The position numbers and the translations under genes are program-made. Below the pieces are notes generated by a model. It saw nothing but the letters and a program-made list of their open reading frames with translations. It was not told where the DNA came from and did no database searches. A stretch of 64,000 nt of DNA, taken from NCBI GenBank assembly GCA_963788655.1, contig CAWBHS010000022.1, forward strand, positions 128,001-192,000, given 5' to 3'. Position 1 is the stretch's first letter. The number at the start of each line of letters is the position of its first letter. The stretch comes from an uncultured Verrucomicrobiae bacterium. Its GTDB lineage: Bacteria; Verrucomicrobiota; Verrucomicrobiia; Limisphaerales; JAFGQR01. This document shows positions 53,910 to 63,285 of this stretch, piece by piece.

Positions 53910-54844
53910 TTCCGCCGCCGCATGTCCACGTAAACCGCGCCCAGGATCACGCCGCCCTTGACGATGTATTGCAGCGAATAATGGACGCCGGCCTGGTTTA
54001 AACCCTTGTCCAGAATGCCAATGATGATGGCCCCCAGCAACGTGCCGTAAATCGTGCCGCGCCCGCCGGTGAAACTGGTGCCGCCCACCACCGCCGCGGC
54101 AATGGCGTGCAATTCGAACATCACTCCGGAGGCCGGCTCAGCGGAATACAACTGCGAGGCGTTGATCATGCCGGCCACGCCGGTCAGCAGCGAGCAAATC
54201 ACATAGACCAGGATTTCAATGCGGGCGACGGGAATGCCCGTGAATCGCGCGGCTTCGCGGTTGCCGCCGATGGCATACAGGTGTTGCCCGAACCGCGTCC
54301 GGTGCAGGAGCACAGCCGTCAAGGCAAACAGGCCAAGCATCACCACCACCGGCACGGGTATCACTCCGAATAACCGGCCATTGCCCAATGCCAGGAACAC
54401 CGCCTGGCTATCGGGAATGTGCATGGGCCGGCCCTCGTTGTACCGCAACGCGGCCCCGCGCGCGATCAGCATGGTGGCCAGCGTGATGATGAAGGGTGGC
54501 ATGGGGGTCCTCGCGGCGCACACGCCGTTCATCAACCCCAGCAATGCGGCCACTGCCAATCCCGCCGGCACGGCCAGCCACAGGCCGAGCCCCGTGAGAC
54601 CGGTCGTCAGGAAATAGACAGTTGACGTGCCCACCAACGCCAGCAATGCCCCCACCGATAAGTCAATTCCCCCGCTCAGAATCACCAACGTCATGCCGTA
54701 CGCCAGGATGGCGTTGATCGAGATTTGTTGGGCCAGGTCCAGCAAATTGATGGGATGCAGGAAATTGGGCACCCACAGCCGGAACAGTCCCAGCAGTACC
54801 GCCACTGCAATCAGCAGCGGCAACATTCGTTTATACGTTCTCAT
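53906..54844 (-). CDS. Monosaccharide ABC transporter permease (RbsC-like)
   Basis: GMTLVILSGGIDLSVG, PPFIITLA, YAIGGNREAARFTGI and ELHAIAAAVVGGTS. Confidence 0.95.
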   Translation of the reverse strand: MRTYKRMLPLLIAVAVLLGLFRLWVPNFLHPINLLDLAQQISINAILAYGMTLVILSGGIDLSVGALLALVGTSTVYFLTTGLTGLGLWLAVPAGLAVAALLGLMNGVCAARTPMPPFIITLATMLIARGAALRYNEGRPMHIPDSQAVFLALGNGRLFGVIPVPVVVMLGLFALTAVLLHRTRFGQHLYAIGGNREAARFTGIPVARIEILVYVICSLLTGVAGMINASQLYSAEPASGVMFELHAIAAAVVGGTSFTGGRGTIYGTLLGAIIIGILDKGLNQAGVHYSLQYIVKGGVILGAVYVDMRRRK

Positions 54845-56392
54845 CCAGGGATGCTCCGGTCAGTTGTTCCATGACGCGTTCGGGCGTGTACTCAGTCGCC
54901 TTGCCCAGCTTGAGGATTCGGCCTTCCCGATAAACGGCGATCCGATGTGACAAGTTCAGGACTTCGTTCAAATCCGAAGAAATCAGAATTACCGCGATCC
55001 CCGACGCCACCAGTTTGGCGATGAAGGAAAAGATTTCTTCCCGCGCGCCAACATCGACGCCGCGCGTGGGTTCATCGAGAATCAGCACACGTGGCGGATG
55101 TTCCATCCAACGGCCGACCAAAACTTTTTGCTGGTTGCCGCCCGAGAGGCTGTCCACCGGTTGCTCGGGATCGGCCAACCGAATGGCAAAATTCCGCACC
55201 GCCCGGTCCACGATGGCGGCGCGTCTTTTGTGATTCGGCGTGCCAGCCGGCGATCCAGTCCCGCACCCAGGGCAAAGCGATGTTAAAGGCCACCGACTGG
55301 CAGACGACCAGGCCCTGCAGTTTTCGGTCCTCCGGGATCAAGACGATGCCGGCCTGCAACGCCTCCGCCGGCGAGGCAATCTTGACGGCCTTGTCCTGAT
55401 CGCAGGATTTCGCCGCTCTCCAAGCGGTCGATGCCGAAAATGGCCCGGGCCAATTCGCTGCGTCCGGACCCGACCAAGCCGGCAAAGCCAAGAATTTCCC
55501 CGGCGCGCAATTGGAAACTGACGTTGCGCACTTTTGCATTGGTCAGGTTCTTCACCTCCAGAACGATGTCTCCCGAAGCCCCGGCGGGGCGATGGAAATG
55601 GTCGGCGATTTCGCGTCCCACCATCCAGCGTACGAGCTCCTGTTGGTGCAATTGGCTGGTCGGTTGGGTGCCGATGGATTCCCCATCCCGCAATACCGTG
55701 ATGCGGTTAGCCAGGCGGATGATTTCTTCGAGGCGGTGCGAGATGTAAATGATGCCCACGCCCTGTTCTCGCAACCGTGAAAGCGTGGCGAACAGGATTT
55801 CGGTCTCCGTCTCGGACAGCGAGGACGTGGGTTCGTCCAGCACGAGAATGCGCGCCTGGCAGGACAATGCCCGAGCAATTTCGACCAGTTGCTGGTGAGC
55901 CACGCTCAGGGTGGAGACGTCGGCCCGCACATCGCGGATTTCGGTCAGGCCGAGCCGATTGACCAGTTGGCCGGCCTCCGCAAATATTTGACGCCGATCC
56001 AGAAACCCAAAGCGTCCCGGTTCGCGACCCAGATAAATGTTTTCCGCCACGGAGAGATTCGGGGCCAGGGACAATTCCTGGTGAATGATGCGGATGCCGT
56101 AGCGGTCCGCATCGCCGACGCCGTAAATGGACGCCGGTTGGCCATTGATAACGATCGCACCTGCGTCGGGCCGATGAATGCCGCCGAGCACTTTGATGAG
56201 GGTGGACTTGCCGGCGCCGTTCTCACCGAGCAATGCGTGGATTTCCCCAGCCTGCAACTCGAAGTCCACGCCCTTCAGAGCCTGCACACCGCCGAAGTAT
56301 TTTTTGACGCCCCGCAAGCGGAGCAGAGTGTCGGGTGCCGTTCGAGTGCAGTCGAATTGGGGCATGCTGATTGGTGGTCTAGGATTGGCCAT
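54831..56392 (-). CDS. Monosaccharide ABC transporter ATPase (RbsA-like), frameshifts near 55402 and 55245
   Basis: GENGAGKSTL, LDEPTSSL, ISHRL, GLVGSGRSE, IPEDRK, LSGGNQQKV and DEPTRGVDVGA across three frames. Start is ATG 56392 or 56365. Confidence 0.9.
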
Positions 56393-56430
56393 CAGCAATC
56401 GTGCTCCCGGCAGCAAATGGAGCACTGGAA

Positions 56431-56924
56431 CGTGCTGCCGGCATCCTGCCGGCAGAGCGAACGGAGCAAGCCAAGGCGAAGGGTATTGTTTGAGTTCGAG
56501 CGCACCTTTCGTGATCCGTTTCTGCCGGCGGGACGCCGGCAGCACGTTGCTCCAGCGTGCTGCCGGCATCTTGCCGGCAGGTCGGACGGCGCCAGCCCAA
56601 TCGAAGGGTATTGTTTGGTTCGAGCGCACCCTTCGTGATCGTTTCTGCCGGCGGGACGCCGGCAGCACGTTGCTCCAGCGTGCTGCCGGCATCTTGCCGG
56701 CAGGTCGGACGGAGCCAGCCCAATTGAAGGGTATTGTTTGGTTCGAGCGCACCCTTCGTGATCGTTTCTGCCGGCGAGACGCCAGCAGCACGTTGCTCCA
56801 GCGTGCTGCCGGCATCTTGCCGGCAGAGCGAACGGCGCCAGCCCAATCGAAGGGTATTGTTTGGTTCGAGCGCACCCTTCGTGATTGTTTCTGCCGGCGG
56901 GACGCCCGCAGCACGTCGCCCCAG
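56431..56924. repeat. Tandem array of four ~123-bp units, each a palindrome doublet (BIME-like)
   Basis: Units start at 56431, 56556, 56679 and 56802: CGTGCTGCCGGCATC(T/C)TGCCGGCAG ...conserved linker... TTCTGCCGGCG(G/A)GACGCC..CAGCACG. Confidence 0.92.
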
Positions 56925-57046
56925 CGAATGGAGCAAACCATATCCAAAGTTAATACTCGGTCGTTCGCATACACCGACTCGGTCCCTGCCAAGTTCCGTA
57001 AAGTATTACCGTGCGCAACGCACTGCAGGTCGTCGATCCTCGCGAA

Positions 57047-57190
57047 GCGTTTGGAGTGCGTGGAGCTTGCTCCCGCTTTTGGTTTGGTACGACAAAACAA
57101 CTTGCTGCCGTGCCGCGCGAGAAAAACTCGACCCTTGCGGTTTCGTTCGAAAGCGCCGGCAAGCCGGGCGCACTCCAAACGCTGGCGCGA
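57047..57190. repeat. Palindromic repeat family B, copy 2
   Basis: GCGTTTGGAGTGCGTGGAGCTTGCTCCCGCTTTT and AAAGCGCCGGCAAGCCGGGCGCACTCCAAACGCTGGCGCG match the halves at 6063-6170. Confidence 0.8.
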
Positions 57191-57273
57191 CTTAGCTTCC
57201 GCGGTTGCAATATCGGCGCCAGCCACGTGTCGGAATGTAACAAACCAACTTCTGCCCGTTTTCCCATCGCAGC

Positions 57274-58224
57274 TCATTGCTTGAGGAATTCGTCGGCATT
57301 CGTTGCAGTGATCAGTTTGACGGGCACCTTGACGTTTTTGGGAATCGTTTTGCCGGCCAGGTGCCCATAAAATTTCTCGGCGGCGATGCGCCCAATTTCC
57401 TTCGGGAATTGGGCCGAGGTCGAATACAGCTTGCCGGCCTTGATGGCCGCGATGCCTTCCTGCGAACCATCGACCGTCACCACGGTAACGTCCTTCAGCT
57501 TGCCCGCCGATTCCAAGGCGGAGATGGCTCCCAATGCACTGGGATCGTTGATCGGAAACACGGCATCAAGGTCGGGAAACCGGCCCAACAAATCCCGCAT
57601 GACCGGCCGCGCGCCTTCAGTGGTGCCTTTGCCTTCCTGGATGTCCTGGATCTTGAGTCCGGGATGCTTGGCAGCTTCCTCCTTGAATCCGGCGACGCGG
57701 TCAATGCATGCTTTGTTCACGGACAAGTGCAGGATCACCACTTTGGCGTTCGGCTTGACGGTGGCCAGCGCCCGCGCGGCTAATCGACCCGCCTCGAGAT
57801 TGTCGGAAGCCACCTGGCACAGCACGAGATCTTCCTCCTTAACTGGCGCGTCCACAATGATGCACGGTACGTGCTGGTTCTTCGCCTGGAGCAACGTGCC
57901 TTTAATGCCTTCCCAGTTCACCGGGTTGATAAACACGGCGGCGGCGCCTTGCATGATCACGTCGGAAATGTCGTTCTTCTGTTTGAGACTGTTGAATTGC
58001 GCATCGAGGGTGACCAACCGATCACCGTGGGCCTCGACCACTTCCTTGAGCCCCTGGTTCAAGTCGATGAAGAACGGATTATTCATCGTCTGGTATGACA
58101 CCGCCAGGAGACGACTTTGGGTTTTCGTGTCGCTGGAAGCGGCAGAATTGGTTTCCGTTTTGCCGCAACCGAAAGCAAGAGCCAGCAGACCCATGGCGGC
58201 GAAGTTTAGAATGTTGTGCTTCAT
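57274..58224 (-). CDS. Sugar ABC transporter substrate-binding lipoprotein (RbsB-like)
   Basis: Lipobox AFGC, TMNNPFF, VASDNLEAG, DRVAGF, NDPSALGA, VDG and AQFPKEIG. Confidence 0.93.
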   Translation of the reverse strand: MKHNILNFAAMGLLALAFGCGKTETNSAASSDTKTQSRLLAVSYQTMNNPFFIDLNQGLKEVVEAHGDRLVTLDAQFNSLKQKNDISDVIMQGAAAVFINPVNWEGIKGTLLQAKNQHVPCIIVDAPVKEEDLVLCQVASDNLEAGRLAARALATVKPNAKVVILHLSVNKACIDRVAGFKEEAAKHPGLKIQDIQEGKGTTEGARPVMRDLLGRFPDLDAVFPINDPSALGAISALESAGKLKDVTVVTVDGSQEGIAAIKAGKLYSTSAQFPKEIGRIAAEKFYGHLAGKTIPKNVKVPVKLITATNADEFLKQ

Positions 58225-58279
58225 TGGTTGGTTATCTCACCGTGCTTTCTCCGTTGTTTCAATCGGAAACCGTGGTTTC

Positions 58280-58395
58280 GTAGGACAGGCGTCCCGCCTG
58301 TCCCGGACTTTCCGACAACTCTGAATTGTTGCGAGATGTTTGCTGGCGCAAGGTGCGGTTCTGGTCATTCGGGACAGCCGGGACGGCTATCCTAC
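58280..58395. repeat. GTAG-type REP doublet, family C, copy 2
   Basis: GTAGGACAGGCGTCCCGCCTGTC (58280-58302) and the inverted GACAGCCGGGACGGCTATCCTAC (58373-58395). Confidence 0.85.
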
Positions 58396-58408
58396 TCGCC
58401 CTCGGCGC

Positions 58409-59530
58409 TCAGTTCTCAGCTTCCAGTATCGGCTCCAGCAGCCGCAGAAACGCCCGCGCCTGGCGCATGAATCCCAGGTCGGTCGGGTGCGATCCGTCCA
58501 CGGTGTCCTCCCCATCGCGGCCCAGCAGCAGTTCACCGGGCAGGTAGTAGAGTCCTTTCACGCCGTTGGCTTCGAGACGTCCAAAGGCGGCTTTCAACGC
58601 CACGCGGTCCTCGAGGTTGCGTTGCGCGCGAGCCGGTTTGAAAAACGCGTCACCATAAGTCCGGTCTTCGACCAACAAGATCGGCGTGTCAGGATGCGCC
58701 GCACGCAATCGCTGCACAAACGGTTCGACCCGTTCCGTCACCATCGCGCCGTCCATATTGGGCAAGCAATCGAGGATGAAGACCGCCGGATCCAATTCCG
58801 CCAGCAGATCGGCCAGGGGCATTTCCATTTTGCCATTGCCCGAAAAACCCAGGTTGATGACGGGTCGGTTCAAGGCCCGTCCCACAATAGCGGTATGCAC
58901 CATTCCCGGACGACTGGCGCAGCCGCCTTGAGTAATCGAGGTGCCATAAAACACCAGGGGACGCCGATAGCCGGGCGGCCGCGCCGGGGCTTTGGACATG
59001 GTGGCGTCGGACGGGATGCCAAGCTCGACTTGCGAAACGCCGTTATACAGCGGGAGGTAAAGCCAGAATTCCCGCGGCTCGCGGGCGACACCCTCGAATA
59101 ACCGAACGGTGTTCGTTTGGCCGGTGGGTTTGCCATTGGCCACCCAACGCCACGAACCATCCGGTTGATGTACGTAAAGATCGACGCCGCTGACGCCGGT
59201 GGCTGGCATGTGCGTCATGGCCAGGTTCTTCGAAGTCAACACCCAGTGGGCCGTCAACTCAGGCGTATCCGTCACAAACCGCGCGCTCAACCCAGCGCTG
59301 TGATGACTCAAACTCCACACAGCGGGAGGGACATTGGTGGCGGCTTTGCTGGGCAGCCGGTCGTACGGTCCCGGTGTGTCGGTCCAGCCTTTGCCTTCGA
59401 GGTCCAGCAAGGTCAAATCGTAATAACGAAGTTTCCCGTCCTGTCTGGCCTTTTCCACCGGCAACGGTTCGGCAGCCGGAAGTTGGGCGACGACGAAAAG
59501 AACGGTGACGAACAAGATCAGCTTGTGCAT
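58409..59530 (-). CDS. Exported SGNH/GDSL esterase with a GxDLY N-terminal domain
   Basis: GVDLY, FYGTSITQGGCASRPG, NLGFSGNG, LDCLPN and DGSHPTDLG. Confidence 0.9.
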   Translation of the reverse strand: MHKLILFVTVLFVVAQLPAAEPLPVEKARQDGKLRYYDLTLLDLEGKGWTDTPGPYDRLPSKAATNVPPAVWSLSHHSAGLSARFVTDTPELTAHWVLTSKNLAMTHMPATGVSGVDLYVHQPDGSWRWVANGKPTGQTNTVRLFEGVAREPREFWLYLPLYNGVSQVELGIPSDATMSKAPARPPGYRRPLVFYGTSITQGGCASRPGMVHTAIVGRALNRPVINLGFSGNGKMEMPLADLLAELDPAVFILDCLPNMDGAMVTERVEPFVQRLRAAHPDTPILLVEDRTYGDAFFKPARAQRNLEDRVALKAAFGRLEANGVKGLYYLPGELLLGRDGEDTVDGSHPTDLGFMRQARAFLRLLEPILEAEN

Positions 59531-59784
59531 GGCGCGAATTTACGAACATACCGGCGCGCGCGGAAGGCTATTCTTGCCAGCATGACGCCATGGGAAATCC
59601 GAAGGCCGAAACCCGAGATCCGAATTGATCTGGCTCGGCGGAGACGTTTTCCGCGTTCCCTCGCAATAGGAACTCCATCGGCTTCGGTCTTCGGATTTCC
59701 TTTCGCTTGCGCTGGCCGCTTGCTCACCATACCATCCCGCCTCCTTTGAATTGAAATTGGTTTATTGAGCAAAAGTTACGAAAT

Positions 59785-61005
59785 ATGGCTAGTTTGAAAG
59801 GCAAAGCTTTAGTGGCGCAGGGTGGTGGTCCGACCGCGGTGATCAATCAATCGATGGTGGGCGTGGTCCTCGAAGCGCGGCGTTATGCGCAGGTAACCGG
59901 GGTGTATGGCGCGCTGAATGGCGTCAGCGGTATTCTCAAGGAAGAATTCGCCGACCTCAGTCAAGAGACGCTGAACAATCTCGAACACGTGGCCAGCACG
60001 CCGTCATCGGCCCTGCTGAGCACGCGCGACAAGCCGGACGCGGAATATTGCGCCAAGATTTTCAAAGTCCTGAAAGCGCACGACGTCCGTTATTTCTTTT
60101 ACATCGGTGGCAACGACAGTTCCGACACTGTGCGAATCGTCAACGAGCACGCGCACCAGGACGGGTATGAGATGCGCTGTGTCCACATTCCCAAAACCAT
60201 TGACAACGACTTGGTCGAGAACGATCACACTCCCGGCTATCCGTCCGCCGCGCGCTTTGTAGCCCAAGCCTTCATGGGGGCCAACCTCGACAATCGCTCA
60301 CTGCCGGGCGTTTATTTGGGCATCGTCATGGGACGGCACGCCGGCTTTTTGACCGCCGCCAGCGCGTTGGGACGCACGTACCCGGACGATGGTCCGCATC
60401 TCATTTATGTGCCGGAACGGCCGTTTGATACCGATCAATTCGTGGCGGATGTCGATGCCACCTACCAGAAATATGGCCGTTGCATTATCGCCGCGAGCGA
60501 AGGCGTGACCGATGCCAAGGGAACGCCGATCATAACCAAGCTCATGGAGAACGTGGAAAAGGATGCCCACGGCAACGTGCAGCTCTCGGGCACCGGCGCG
60601 CTGGGCGATTTGCTGGCCGAAGAAGTGAAAAAGAAGCTGAAGATCAAGCGCGTGCGGGCGGACACGCTGGGCTATCTCCAACGCAGCTTCATGGGCGTGG
60701 TTTCCGACGTGGACCAAAGCGAAGCGCGCGAAGTCGGCGAGCGCGCCGTACACTTCGCCGTGACGAAGGACGTGGACGGTTCGGTGGCCATCAAGCGCAC
60801 TGGCAATTATTCGGTGGATTACGAATTGGTCGAGCTCACGAAAATCGCCGGCAAGACCCGTCACATGCCCACCGAGTTCATCAACGAAAAAGGCAACGAC
60901 GTCACCGACGCTTTCGTGACTTACGCTCGGCCGTTGCTCGGCAGTGATCTGCCGCGGCCCTACATCATCCGGGCGCCACGCGTGGCCAAAGTGTTGAACC
61001 AGTAG
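59785..61005 (+). CDS. 6-phosphofructokinase family, probably PPi-dependent
   Basis: QGGGPTAVIN, IGGNDS (Asp at the PPi-determining position), PKTIDND, MGR and LGYLQR. Confidence 0.9.
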   Translation: MASLKGKALVAQGGGPTAVINQSMVGVVLEARRYAQVTGVYGALNGVSGILKEEFADLSQETLNNLEHVASTPSSALLSTRDKPDAEYCAKIFKVLKAHDVRYFFYIGGNDSSDTVRIVNEHAHQDGYEMRCVHIPKTIDNDLVENDHTPGYPSAARFVAQAFMGANLDNRSLPGVYLGIVMGRHAGFLTAASALGRTYPDDGPHLIYVPERPFDTDQFVADVDATYQKYGRCIIAASEGVTDAKGTPIITKLMENVEKDAHGNVQLSGTGALGDLLAEEVKKKLKIKRVRADTLGYLQRSFMGVVSDVDQSEAREVGERAVHFAVTKDVDGSVAIKRTGNYSVDYELVELTKIAGKTRHMPTEFINEKGNDVTDAFVTYARPLLGSDLPRPYIIRAPRVAKVLNQ

Positions 61006-61029
61006 ACCAAGCCGTATCAATTCAGTTGG

Positions 61030-61201
61030 GGTAGGGCGAGACTCCGTCGAGCCCTGACTTCTTCACGTCGCGTTCGAAGACACGAACCCGATCAAGGGGA
61101 AATCCCTGACATTCGAACCGCCAAAGGCTTTCCGCGTTTGCGGTTTAGGGCATTCGAAAACACCTCAGGGAAATCAGGGCTCGACTGAGTCTCGCCCTAC
61201 C
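61030..61201. repeat. GTAG-type REP doublet, family E, copy 2
   Basis: GGTAGGGCGAGACTCCGTCGAGCCCTGA ... TCAGGGCTCGACTGAGTCTCGCCCTACC; same arms and same 172-bp span as 46600-46771, with a different interior. Confidence 0.88.
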
Positions 61202-61240
61202 GGGGATGGGTGACCGTGTCCGCCGCCCACTTCCCAATCG

Positions 61241-63050
61241 TTACTTCTTGGTGCGGTTGAGCAAACCGTTCAAGAGGCTCTTGCCTTGTTCGCCGGCTTT
61301 ATTGCCGAGTTCCTTCTCGAGCAATTCGCCAGCTTTGCCTTTCAGTTCGCCCACCGCTTGATTGACGCCGGCTTTGACGAGCGCGTCGGTCAGTTGTTTG
61401 GCATCCACCTTGATGCGGGGATTGTCGAGTGGGCCGGTCAAGCCGATGGGCAAGATGAATTGTTGAACCTGGGTGGCTTTGCCGCCGGGAATGGTGATCG
61501 TGGCATTGTGCAGCGTAGCCTGCATCGGCAAATCAATGGTGACTCCTTTGAGGGTGTCCAGCGTTCCTTTGGCGGCCACATCAATCGTGCCTCCTTGCAC
61601 TGGCTGCGTGCCGTCGATGACCAGATCCTTGGCGATCACGTCGGTGGGCAGGCCGCGATAATCCAATTGGACCGTGCTCGGGCGAGCGGCGGTCTCGTAG
61701 GCACCCAGCCAGGTTTCAAAGTCCAGCGTGTCCTTGCTGGACTTGATTTTCACGTAAGGCGCTTTGCCCAATAGCGCCGGCTGTGTGGAAAGATTGCTGG
61801 CCGTGATGCTGAGGGTTTCGTTGGGGAGTTCCGGCGTGCGCACGCCGTCCGCCAACAATTCGGAAACCGTCAAGGTTGGACTGCCCTCGATGAGGTGGTT
61901 TGCCTTCACACGCGCGTAACCCAATTCGCTGACCTGCCGCGCCAGGCGTTCTCTCAGCGTCTCGTTCTTCTGCTCCGGAGTGGCCGTTTTCTCCTCCTTG
62001 GGGCCGGAGAGTTTTTCGATCCATCGGCGCACCTGCGCCAGGCGTTCTTTCCACACCTTGGCGTTCTTGATGTAGTCTTCGATGCCTTTGGTGTTGGGTG
62101 GCTTGGGTTCCTCGGTCGGCTGCGGTGGGGGCCCAACGAGTTTGCCCGGGGTGGATCGCTTTTCGCCGTGGGACGCGTCGGAGATGACGACGCGGTTTAA
62201 TTGCAGCCGCTTGCGGAGCAGGTTGACGCCGCTGACCTCAGCTTCGAGTTTCTTGGCGCGGAACAAGTCAGTATCGAGGGCGTTCGGATCCGCCATGGCC
62301 AAGCCTTCGATGGTCAATCGTTGGTTCTTGAGATCCAAATCCGCGTTGGCCAGATCGACGGTCGCCCCGTTGGCCCGTTCGAGACCACTTTGCAATTCCG
62401 ACGTTACTATCGGACCGCTGGCAAACAGATACACAATGACGAGCAGCACTCCCACGAGCACGGCAAAGACGACGCCCAATGGCCGGATCGGATTGCCGAT
62501 CTTTTTGGTCAGCAAATCTTCGTAAGTCAGTTTGCCTTTGCCGCCGCCGATCAAGACGAACTTGAGCGCCTTCACCCACTTCTTGCTGTTGTATTTTTGA
62601 AACCGCTCGGAGTTCTTTTCCAAGCCGGCCATTTTCTTGCGGTAAGCAGTCATGGCCCGCACCACGCCCCAACCGCTGAGCAGGCCCAGAATCACTCCCA
62701 ACAACAGGCCACCGGTCACCACGTAATACTCGAAGCCGAACAGGGCGAGCACGGGGGCGTTGATCATCCATTGAAACAAGCCGCTGAACGGGCCGTCCAG
62801 CAGCCAGCGTCCGCAGGCAAAGCTGACCGGCATCAGCGCCAGCGAAAGGAGCTTGGCCGCGGCGCCGGTCAGCGCCGCCAGCGCCAGATTTGCGTTAAGA
62901 ATAATGAGCAACAGGACCAATGCAATGATCAGTCCCGCAGCCTGGCTGAACCCCGGCATGAATCCGATCATGGCGCCCAGCACGCCGGCGGAAAAGAGTT
63001 GGAACGGTGTCGCTTTGCCGCGTAACAATTTGCCAATCGTACCGAATCAT
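61241..63050 (-). CDS. Fused TIGR03546-like membrane domain + TIGR03545/AsmA-like domain; +1 indel near 63040
   Basis: LRGKATPFQL..GVLGAMIGFMP TM region, then GLERANGATVDL...GLAMADP...LTGPLDNPRI. Removing one base links ATG 63050 (MIRTIGKLLRGK). Confidence 0.6.
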
Positions 63051-63285
63051 GGTTGCTCTTATAGTTCGGGCGCCATCGCCGGTCAACATGTTCAATCGCC
63101 GCCCACCAGCCGAAACAAGTTCCCTCAAAGATGAAGGCCGCGGTCATCCGGATACTTCATCAATCCTCGCCGCCCGAACCCGGGGCGCACTGGAGTTGCC
63201 CTCCGCCCGCCTGCGGATCTATTATCTGCCTGGACTGACGTGCATTGCAGCCAATGCAGTGCGGGATAAGTGTTAAAACAAAATC

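Noticed and set aside
56431..56924. Possible CRISPR array
   Set aside because: The segments between palindromes are near-identical rather than unique spacers, the period is ~123 bp, and no cas genes are present.
55283..57277. 664-aa ORF suggesting an ATPase with a 41-aa repeat N-terminal extension
   Set aside because: The extension is simply the translation of the palindromic DNA array and family B repeat, and it is open in several frames and on both strands. A plausible start lies at 56392 or 56365.
4931..63025. Long antisense ORFs (e.g. 4931-6343, 19427-20599, 38393-39733, 40910-42490, 57386-58324)
   Set aside because: They are shadows of well-supported genes on the opposite strand, as expected in high-GC DNA.
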